From NCBI GenBank assembly GCA_958009085.1, contig OY253680.1, positions 744,001 through 808,000 on the forward strand: a DNA stretch of 64,000 nucleotides, in the 5' to 3' direction. The DNA comes from Protoeuglena noctilucae (Eukaryota). The notes below the pieces were generated by a model that was not told the DNA's origin, did no database searches, and was given only the letters and a program-made list of their open reading frames with translations. This document shows, piece after piece, positions 50,683 to 59,988 of this stretch. Every line of letters starts with the position of its first letter. Position 1 is the stretch's first letter. Made by a program: the position numbers and the translations under genes.

Positions 50683-52214
50683 TCACGCGCTCGCCCACTC
50701 CTTGAGCATCGACTGCAGCCCTGCCAGGGACGGCCTGCTCGAGATCGGGCCCAGGCACTGCCGCAGGATCTCCCTGCGAGGACGCGAGCCTTGCACAGGT
50801 CAGCAGCTCTTGCGTTGCGCTGCGGGTGTCAGTCAGTATGGCCGCAGCGGCACAGCTCGTCACCGCAGCTTGTCGTCAGGGACCTGGTCCAGGTTCATGT
50901 GCTGCAGCGTGCGGCCCATGGCGTGCTCGACCGCGACCATCGCCGACGGGGTGTCGGCGAATGGCTTTTTCCCAGTCGCCAGCTCCGCGAGGGTCGCAGC
51001 GACCGAGTACACGTCCCACCGCGGGTCTGGGAGGGCGACAGTAGGGGAAGAGGACAGGATGAGGTGTGGCAGTTTGTACAAGCATTGTCCGCCACATCAT
51101 GGATGCCCACACTCAAGAGTCACCTGCCCTGCACCCCGGACCGGCCCGGGTAGACAGCTGCTCCAGGCAGCTGTAGGCCAGCGTGAAAGCCAGAGTTGAC
51201 ATCACAGTCTTCTCCAGCACCTGCGAGGAGCTCAAGGCCATGGATATTGATAACCACAGCGTTGCTGGAAGCGCACTCTTGGCCATCACCACGGAACAGT
51301 GGCCGGGGTCTACATGTCACACCACCTGGCGCTCCCAGCATTGCGCCGACGCCCACACTCGCCTTGCTGCTCCCGAAGTCGCACAGCACCACCGTGCCGT
51401 CCCCCCGCACCAGGCAGTTCTCGGGCTTGATGTCGCAGTGCACGATGCCGCAGGCGTGCAGCTGCGCCAGGCTTGTGCAGATGTCCAGCGCCACCTTGGC
51501 CAGCTGCCGCATCTCCATGCCTTTGCCCCCGTTGTTGTCCAGCCACCGCCCCAGGGATGTCTGGCACAGCTCCATCACCAGGTACACCATCCCCTGCTGC
51601 TCCATGTACCCGTACACACGGCACACCGCGGGGCACTCCTTAGAGGCCAGCATGGACCTCCCCACCTCGCGCACAACCCGATCGCGGTAAGATCCCGCCA
51701 TTGGCAGCTCCTTCACCGCCACGTCGACGGGCTGCTCGCCTGGCCTCTGCAGCTTCGCGCAGCGCACGACGGCTCTGCCCTCGGAGCCTCCGATGCATGG
51801 CCCGATGTCGGCTATCCAGCTGGGGTCGAGGCGGCCGACGAGATCCAGCTCCTCCGCCTGCCTCGCCGTGCGCTGTTCCGCGTCACCCGCCGGCAGCGTC
51901 TTGAGCTTGTCGACGTACGCCTCGACGCCGTCCGGGCGCAGCGCCCGCATCTCTACCGTCGGCTCGTGAAGGTAGCAGCAACGCGGCTGGAACGCCCCGC
52001 CGCTGCTTGAATTCGTCCCTTCCGTGCCGAGGTTGTTCAGCAGGCACTTCCGGCACAGCACGCACCCGCACGGCAGCTGCTTGGGCCTGTGCTCCCCACC
52101 ATCATAGATGCTTCCGCATGACGTACACTCCTGCAGCGCCTGCCCACCCGCCCCTGCGATCGGAGAACCGTGCTCTGCACTCAGGCCCCGTCCGGGCTTT
52201 CTGTCGCCGCGCAT
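50683..52214 (-). CDS. KEG-like RING-kinase paralog A (non-RD)
   Basis: RING-like CTSC...LPCGCVLCRKC...CCYLH. The kinase has VAVKE, CPAVCRVYG, HCDIKPEN, DFGSSK| (GC donor 51362) and WDVYSVAATL. It ends RPSLAGLQSMLKEWASA*. Confidence 0.85.
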
Positions 52215-52863
52215 GCAGCCAGCAGTAGATGAGGATCAAGTCTGAGATTGAAAGACGAGCTTTTGGGGCCTGCGCACGCCCAGGACCCTCCCGGCGCGCG
52301 GATCTAGCCATGGCCTGCAAGCAGCCATGCGAAGCGAACCACGCGCCGGTCCGTGGCCCGGGTGGTCATCGCTTGCCTGATCCGGGTGCCATTCCTCTTC
52401 CTCAATGCTCCGGTAGGTCCAGCGAGGCTGAGGGCTCCCGGGACTGGCCCCTGCCCAGCAAGGCAGGTGCAGCCTCTGCGATGCGAACGACCCTGGCCCC
52501 GATGCCTCGCGCAGATGCACACTAGGCAAGACGATATGTCCACATCACGCACGGGCCGCACAGCTGTCAGGGCGTCCTTGCGATGGTCTGGCACCGCAGC
52601 GCGAGTCAGAAGAAAGCCAGTTCTCGCCCTGTGGTTCGCCAAACACACTTTGCTGCGATGTCAACGCATCGGACGCTAGCGACGCTGACAGGCAGCCCGG
52701 GATCGCGATCGCGGGCATTGCAGGGGAGCACCTGTTGTGACAGGTCAGGTCGCCTGTTCAGATGGACGGGTGCATGACGATGATTGTGTGGTCGAGAGCT
52801 GCGGGGGCCTCCCGTGCTCGAGATGCTGAGGGACCTATTCAAAATGCAGTTGTGGCAAACAGT

Positions 52864-52915
52864 CATGGCAGAGATTACTGGCATGGCAGAGATTACTGGC
52901 ATGGCAGAGATTACT
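52864..52915. repeat. 18-bp tandem repeat x3 (catggcagagattactgg)
   Basis: Two full copies and one near-full copy lie just downstream of the kinase paralog B stop codon. Confidence 0.9.
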
Positions 52916-52940
52916 TGGGGTGGCGATGGCAGCCTGTGGC

Positions 52941-54353
52941 TCACAGCGCTCCCATGCTCGATGCCCACTGCCTGACCTCCTCCAGCAGCTCCACCGCGGA
53001 CGGCGTCTGCTGCTGCGGCGTCTGCTGCGTGTCCTGCGCCAGGCACCGCAGCAGCACAGGCCTGCAAGCACTGGCAGCAGACATGAAGATGAGCAAAAGC
53101 AACCCAAGAGCTGCGTGCCTGGAACGTGACGCTTTGTAGAGACCCTCACCTGAGGCCGTCCGGGACCACGTCCAGGTGCATGTGCTCCAGCGTGCGGCCC
53201 CCGATGTGCTCCGTGGCGACCAGCGCTGGAGCCACCTTGTCGAAGGGCTGCCTCCCACTGGCCAGGTGCGTCATGGTTGCAGCCCACGAGTGGATGTCCC
53301 AAGCTTTCACTGCAAGCAGTGAAGAGGGGCCGGGCACTGTTGCACATCCGTGGCAGCTATCGCCGCCCCTCGCGGTCCCAGCGGGGTGCGGACTCACCGG
53401 CTCGGGTACGCCGGGCCTCCACGACCTTCAGCTGGCTGAGGCACGCGTAGGACGCCGTCGCGTACCATGTCGACCGCACGGAGTGATTCACGGACTGCGG
53501 CCAGTGTGCACGGATGTGTGAGGGTCTCTCCAAGGCACAGCCTCTGCGGCCCTGCTGCATGCGCAGTCAAAGCACTCGCCTTGCTGCCCCCGAAGTCCGC
53601 CAGGACCACGGTGCCGTCCGCCCGGACCAGGCAGTTGCCCGGCTTGATGTCGCAATGCACCACATCGCAGGCATGCAGCTGCGCCAGGCTGGTGCACAGG
53701 TCGACTGCGACCCGGGCCAGCTCCCCCTGAGGCAGCCCTCGTCCGCCCAGCTCTGCCAAGCGATCAGCCAATGACCGCTGGCAGCGCTCCATGACCATCA
53801 GGAGGGCGTCGTTCTGCTGAGTGTACCCATAGACGCGGCACACCCGAGAGCACCGCTGGCTGACCAGCGAAGCCATCGACACCTCGCGCCGCTCGCGTCG
53901 CCAGTCCTCTGATGTGCGCCTGTGGATGACCTTGACGGCGACCGGCACCTGTGCTCCGTTCACCAGGAGCGTCGCCTCGAAGATTGCCCCCGCACCTCCG
54001 TTTCCAATGCACTGCCCCAGTTCAGACAGCGCCCCCGAGGGCAGCTCCCCCAGGAACTGCACCTGCTCCTGGTGGGCGGCGTTGGGTGCTCCGGTCGGGA
54101 GCGTGTCGACAAAGGCGCCCACACCTTCCGAGCCGCGGCCTGCCAGGTCCGGCAGGGCCCCGTGGCACAGCATACACCTGGGGTCCTGCGCACTCTCCGA
54201 CAGGCTTATGCTGAGCAGCGTCGTGGCGCACGGCCGGCACGCGATGCATCCGCACGGCTGGCGCACGGTGGCGAAGGCGCCATCTTCTTCGAGCAGGCAC
54301 CCGCATACAGGGCACAGGGCCTCCTCCTCGGCCATGTTCACGGTCGCCGACAT
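52941..54353 (-). CDS. KEG-like RING-kinase paralog B (non-RD)
   Basis: CPVC...QPCGCIACRPC...CMLCH, IGNGGAGAI, VAVKV, HCDIKPGN, DFGGSK| (GC donor 53579) and WDIHSWAATM. It ends VRQWASSMGAL*. Confidence 0.85.
53617..53804 (-). repeat. Left arm of ~188-bp near-identical inverted repeat (inside kinase B)
   Basis: Its reverse complement matches 55463-55650 with ~10 mismatches by hand alignment, including a 74-bp exact core. Confidence 0.9.
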
Positions 54354-54889
54354 CTGATGCCTTGATTGAGCCTTCGATCACGTCGATCGCGCCCTGGTCG
54401 GCTCACTGCAGCCGGCGACGGACGATGTTGTGCTCTGAGTGGCCCGCGAGGTCGTCTCCGGGAGAAAAGCTAGCTCTCTTTGCGCGCGTGTCGCAGACAA
54501 CAGCGAGAAAAGGGGCAGTGTGGCCTCAGCGGCACAACTCGCCAGCGCAAAGCTGCACGCGGGTTGCCAGTGCTTCGGTTTGCCTGTTTGCCGTGTGCCG
54601 CTTGCACACGCCATCTGAGGAGCGCACGATGTGGCGTTGGCACCGATATATTTCTGCCGCGTGTCATCTTCTGCCCCAGATTCCCAGCGGAGCGCAAGCA
54701 GCGTCCTGCATGTTCTCGCAAACGCGCTTCCGATTGCGTTAAAAACGGCTTAGCTTCCCTCGGATTGTTGCTCAACGATTGTCAGCTTCGTCACTGGACT
54801 GCACGGGGTGGTGATCGATCGCTTTTGCAACGCGAAAGCACGGATCCAGCGCAATTTCATGCTTGTCCATTTCTCGCGATTGCAGGGCC

Positions 54890-56335
54890 ATGGCAGCGGC
54901 TGGGCAGGGCGCCGGAATGTACGGCGCTTTTTGCTACGTCTGCCTCTGGGAGTACACATGGCTCGTGCAGGAGCACGCGCCCGTGCAGCTGTCGTGCGGC
55001 TGCGTGGCATGCCGGCGCTGCGTGTGCTGGTGGCTCCGCGGGCAGGTCGGATGCCCGCAGCCCGAGTGCTGGAACGGCCACCCGATCGTGGGGATGGTCG
55101 CCACGACCGAGGCGGACGCCCTGACTGACACGCTGGCGATGCTCCCCGAGACAGGGCCGGCGGCGCCCGAGCAGCCGACCCACGCGGCCCCGCCGAGCGA
55201 GGCAGCGTTTTCCGCGGGCCGCCTGCCTCTGGAATTCCTGACAGTCACGGGAGAGTGTCTAGGCGTGGGCGGCGCAGGAACAGTGTATGGGGGCTTGCTG
55301 CAGCTCCTGGAGGGCACGAAGCTCCCGGTGGCGGTGAAGACAGACACGGCCCCCGAGCACGGTGGACGTCGCATGCGCCGCGAGATCGTCATTGCCATGC
55401 ATATCTCTCAGGCTTGCCCGCTGACGTGCCGGGTGTACGGCTACGTGGAGCAGGGCGACCAGCTCCTGATGGTCATGGAGCGCTGCCAGCGGTCATTGGC
55501 CGGTCGCTTGGCAGAGCTGGGTGGACGAGGGCTGCCTCAGGGGGAGCTGGCCCGGGTCGCAGTCGACCTGTGCACCAGCCTGGCGCAGCTGCATGCGTGT
55601 GGCGTGGTGCACTCCGACATCAAGCCGGGCAACTGCCTAGTCCGGGCGGATGAGCGCGGCACAGTCGTCCTGGCCGACTTCGGGGCGTGCAAGGCGAGAG
55701 GGGAGAGCGGACGGCGCGTGGCTCTGGCTGTGCATGCGTGCACCATGTGCGGCCGCGAGACAGAGATGCCCCAGTGCGTCTGCGCAGCGGAGCGACCGCA
55801 CGGCGTGGTCGACCATCTTCGCGACGCACTGCTACGCCTCGTACGAGCACTTGTCGGCCCAGCGCGGGCGGAGGCCAGGTGCGCACACAGCTCTGGACCC
55901 AGCAGCCCCCTGGGCTTTCAAGCTCATGCCAGGGGCAGCACACCACCTGGCCGTGGCGTCGTTCGCCGAGGCGGTCCTCTCCTTGTCCCACGCAGCGCTG
56001 GCCTGGGACATCTTCTCCATTGCAGCGACCCTGTGCCACCTGGCGACCGGCGTGCGGCCGTTCAGGGACGTGGCCCCCGCCACCATCACGGTGGAGCACG
56101 TGCAGGGCCGCGTGCTCGAGCACATGCGCCTGGGTGATGTCGCGGACCCGGCGCTCAGGTGCGTGGGGGACCCTGGCCGGCTGGAGGCGGGGCGGTCGCC
56201 CGTCCTTGGCAGGGGAGCAAGCGTTGCCGCCCTCGCAGGGCCATCCTCGCCCGGTCCCTCTCGTCGCATCCCGCGCAGCGCCCCACGGCGGACGAGCTGC
56301 TCCGCGACGTGGAGCAATGGGCCGCAAGCGAGTGA
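54890..56335 (+). CDS. KEG-like RING-kinase paralog C (non-RD), head-to-head with paralog B
   Basis: CYVC...LSCGCVACRRC...CWNGH, LGVGGAGTVY, VAVKT, HSDIKPGN, DFGACK| (GC donor 55694) and WDIFSIAATL. It ends RPTADELLRDVEQWAASE*. Confidence 0.85.
55463..55650 (+). repeat. Right arm of ~188-bp near-identical inverted repeat (inside kinase C)
   Basis: Matches the reverse complement of 53617-53804; the exact core is 55523-55596. Confidence 0.9.
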
Positions 56336-56544
56336 GGGGGGACGCTCCCGTCGCCTGAGGACATGCGCATGCATGCCGCGCGATCGCCGGCGGCTCCCAT
56401 GACCCACGACCCTTCGCCCGGGACAGGAGAGGCCGTGAAGTCCGGCGGCAGGCCCACCCTGGCATCTGAAAGACGACTGTGCAGTGGCGTTTTGCTGGCC
56501 TCTGGCAGGGGGGTCGGCTTGCATTCAAGTGGAAGGCAACCTGC

Positions 56545-56559
56545 AGAACGTTCTGGAAA
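56545..56559 (+). promoter_or_regulatory. Perfect heat-shock element (nGAAnnTTCnnGAAn)
   Basis: aGAAcgTTCtgGAAa lies ~107 bp upstream of the predicted ATG (56666) of the recombinase-bHLH gene. Confidence 0.5.
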
Positions 56560-56665
56560 CTGAATTTACGAAGGCAGATCTGTCTTTCGGGCGTTTCACC
56601 CGCCGACATAGGAGCTGTCGTGCAGTATCCTCCTGCAACCTGCGCCCTCTCCGATCCCCAGCAAG

Positions 56666-59598
56666 ATGGTCATTGAGACCATCTTAAGCGTGTTTTTAGG
56701 GGTTCATGCGATTCACGGGGACGGGGATGGCGGCTCGGGGACGGAGGACCCGCGCGCGCCGGGGCCTTCCTCGTCCGCTAGCCGGCAACAGCTCCGACGG
56801 CCACGAGAGCGGTCACGATCGGGCGAACGGGTTGAAGATGACTGCAACAAACGGTTCCGGTGGACTTCGGAGGCGTCCGTGTTCGACGTGGGCGATGTGG
56901 GCGATGTGGGTGAGGTCGACAGTTGGGCACCGGTGACGCCGTATCTGCACGCCCCGCACCTCGCGCCGCCAAGTGGGCCCTTTAACACCCGCAGAAATTG
57001 TTAATGACTCCCGCGATATCAACCAAGAGCCTCTCTGTGGGCCTGTCGAACTCGTTGACCTTGTGAGTCGCTGCTTGTTGTGTTGGACAGGCTCGGAAAG
57101 GGACGTATGGGGCGTCATAGATGGAGTGTTTGCTGCCCTGAGTAAGGAAAGGGTACAGGGAGGACGCAGGGAGGACGATGCTGTTGGCGCATGGGGTGAA
57201 AGCGGGGGCGGGGTCCAATGTACTCCCATTTACGCAAGGGTAATGCAGGTAGATAGTGACCTAAATTACAACTTCGTTCTTCTGGGCCGTAATATGCCGT
57301 CCCTGAATCACGCAGGATGACGAATTCCAAGATGAAGACCCGGATGATGAGGCTGGTGGCGGTCGCCGGACCACCATGGAGACGAGCGCCGGGTGCATCA
57401 TTGGTATGGCGCCACTTCTGCAGGAGTCGGTGGTGAGTGAAAGCTGGCACTGCAGGTGAACTGTCACGGCGTCAGCCCACTTGCCCCGCCCACTTGCCCC
57501 GGGCGCCCACCCCATGCCCGCCAAGCACCCTCCCCATGCTGTTTCTGCGCGAGGCCTGCACTGACGGTACACTGAGTAGTGAGGAACAGCGAGTAGGACG
57601 AAACAGCCGCCCCCTTCACAAATGTTCGCAGAAGGGGCAAACCAACTGTCAGAATTTTCTGTTTCCGGCCGCGAAAACCATGTTCGAAACCATCGGCCAG
57701 TCTAAACCAGACGACCCGGAGCACTTCCGACAGCTGCTCATGTCGGTGCGGCGGGCCAGGCCGAAGCCTGGCTTCGTGGACTTTGACACATTGTCCCGCA
57801 TCGTCAGGAGTGCCTCTTCCCCAATGGAGGCAAGGGCTTTGTTGATGGTGCACATGCTGCTTCCTGTGCGCATGGGGGAACTGTGGAATGCGCTGTTTTT
57901 CGTGGATGTCGTCAAATCCCGCAAGAAGGTGAACTATTTTCACCGCATGGGCTGTGAGGGACTGGGGGAGTTCGTTTTCTGGGTGTACAAGACCCGTGGC
58001 ATTGGCGTGCAGAAGTTGCCTGTCCCTGAAGAGCTCCGGCTCGTGTTGCTGAGCCTCCGCATGGATGATGAGGAAGACGGGGAGTTTGTGTTTGGCTCCT
58101 TCGAGACCCGTACCGCCTTCAACGCGCATGTCAAGGATGTGCTTGGTGCCCTAAACCCCGCCGTTCGCTACAACGTCCTTAGGCATGCAGTGGTCACCAA
58201 GCTCGCAACGCTGTGCACGACGTTTGCTGAGTTTGCACGCATTGCGGCATACATGTTGCACTTACCCTATTCCGCATGGTACTATTACTGTCATGTGGAT
58301 ATCGCGGCTCGGGTGGTCGGGGCACACGCGGGGGTCACGTTCTTGGGTGGGATTGGTAGGGGGCTAGGGGAGGGGGGCATTGGGGCTCAGCTGTCAAGGG
58401 AACTTGGGGTGCTGGGGAGCGGCGTGGAGTGGCTTGAGGAGCTGAGGTTATCGGTGGCCGTTGTGCAGGAGCCAGTGGAGGGAGGGGCGTGGCTGGGCAG
58501 CAGCGTTGCTGACTTGGCACTAGAGATGGAGGCGGGACCGGGCAGCGCACTGGAGGTGGGGACAGCACCAGGCGGCATGGCTGACTTGGCACTAGAGATG
58601 GAGGCGGGACCGGGCAGCGCACTGGAGGTGGGGACAGCACCAGGCGGCATGGCTGACCTGGCACTAGAGATGGAGGCCGGACTGGGCAGCGCAACGGAGG
58701 TGGGGGCAGCACCAGGCGGCCTGGCTGACCTGGCACTGGATGTAGAAGGAGGGCCAGTTGGCGTGGCAAAGGTTAGGGCAGGTGTGCGAGGGGTGCATGG
58801 TGTAAGCCGTCACGATGGGGGACCTAAGGATGGGAACCAAGGGGCCCCTCATACAAAGGCATTAAAAGAGAGGTATCGGAGGGACTGCATCAACAAGCGG
58901 TGCTCTGAGCTGGCTCAGGTGAGGGCTGCGCGATGGCTTGGTGCCACCCATTTGCACGTACAACACAGCACCTCTGAGGCGCCCACCCCAGCCATTTCGC
59001 AGTTGATCTATGCCGGCGAGAAGCCCAAGACGGACAAGCTTTCAATTCTGAGGGACACTGTCAGGGTGGTGAAGCAGATGCGCGTGGCATGTGGGGGAGG
59101 GCCTGTTGGTGTGGCGCAAGTAGGGGCGGGTGGGGGAGGGCCTGTCGGTGTGGCGCAAGTAGAGGCGGGTGGGGGAGGGCCTGTCGGTGTGGTGCAGGGG
59201 CCAGGCGAGGCGCAGCTTGGGGATGGTGGGGAGGGGGCAAGCGGCGATGACGGGGAACAGGACGGGAAGCGGGAGGCTGCTCATAAGAAGGCACTGAGAG
59301 AGAAGCATCGGAGGTGCCGCATCAACGAGCGGTTTTCTGAGCTGGCTCAGGTGAGGGCTGCATCACAAGGGTGTCCCCCGGCAGGTAGAGCCCTTGTGAT
59401 GCTTGCACCAGCGGCCAATGCCACCCATGTAGGAACTCTCATGCTTGCAAAGACTCTGAGGCGCCCACCCCAGCCATTTCGCAGTTGATCTATGCCGACG
59501 AGGAGCACAGCACGGACAAGCTTTCCATTTTGGTGGACACCATTAAGCTGATCAAGCACAGGCACACGTTCTTGAGCCGGATGGTGGCCCGGCCATAG
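56666..59598 (+). CDS. Tyrosine recombinase - repeat - bHLH - repeat - bHLH fusion protein (~780 aa, spliced)
   Basis: Exons 56666-56909, 56995-57239, 57316-57432, 57632-58918, 59003-59350 and 59485-59598 join in frame through GT-AG introns. YR motifs: LPVRMGEL, GEFVFWVYKT, NVLRHAVVT, AAYMLHLPYSAWYYY. bHLH1: KALKERYRRDCINKRCSELAQ|LIYAGEKPKTDKLSILRDTVRVVKQMR. bHLH2: KALREKHRRCRINERFSELAQ|LIYADEEHSTDKLSILVDTIKLIK. Confidence 0.8.
57760..58300 (+). mobile_element. Tyrosine-recombinase catalytic domain, probably derived from a mobile element or virus
   Basis: Catalytic set: R (57869), K (57989), N-x-x-R (R 58181), H (58259) and Y at +9 (58286). The domain is intronless and visibly lower in GC than neighbouring housekeeping exons. 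No element ends were identified. Confidence 0.65.
58508..58745 (+). repeat. 72-bp coding tandem repeat x~3.3 (ADLALEMEAGPGSALEVGTAPGGM)
   Basis: Units start at 58508, 58580, 58652 and 58724; the first two are identical. Confidence 0.95.
59091..59197 (+). repeat. 39-bp coding tandem repeat x~3 (GGGPVGVAQVGAG)
   Basis: Units start at 59091, 59130 and 59169; a diverged copy lies at ~58748, before bHLH1. Confidence 0.9.
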
Positions 59599-59988
59599 CA
59601 AGGTAAGGACGCGTGGGGTTGGGAAGGCGCAGTTCGGGAGGCCCTGCCCGCACTCAAGCGCGGCGAGGTTGCTCCAGGTGACCAGCCTGGGGTCGAGCAC
59701 GCGCCATTTCGACAGTTTTGCGATGACATGGCCCCGGGAGGTCCCCTGGGCCGTTGGAGCGGCCTCGACGACGCGATGCGATCCCCGGATCGCAATGGCC
59801 GCCCCCGCCCCAGCCGGGCCTCGGGGCGCCACGTCCTGGCCTCGAGTCTTTGCGACGCTCCCAGCGCATCCACGCGGAGGCTCTCGGGGTCGTGAGACGC
59901 CGCACTGACGCTCAACCGATCGCCTACCCACCCTGCCGCGTCCTGTGTGCCCGTGCCCCCGCAGGCCCTCGTCGGCGAGGCTTGAGGA

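Noticed and set aside
52864..52915. 18-bp repeats as a CRISPR array
   Set aside because: The copies are directly adjacent with no spacers, there are no cas genes, and the context is eukaryotic.
55586..55591. CAGCTG E-box inside the inverted-repeat core as the bHLH target
   Set aside because: It is explained by Gln-Leu codons and is very common throughout this GC-rich window.
58508..58745. 72-bp repeats as a CRISPR-like or recombination-site array
   Set aside because: The whole unit is repeated without unique spacers, the length is a multiple of 3, and it is translated in frame as a linker.
56340..59980. Complete Crypton/DIRS/Polinton-like element around the recombinase
   Set aside because: No terminal repeats, target-site duplication, RT/RNase H, capsid, packaging ATPase or polymerase genes were seen; only the YR domain is evident.
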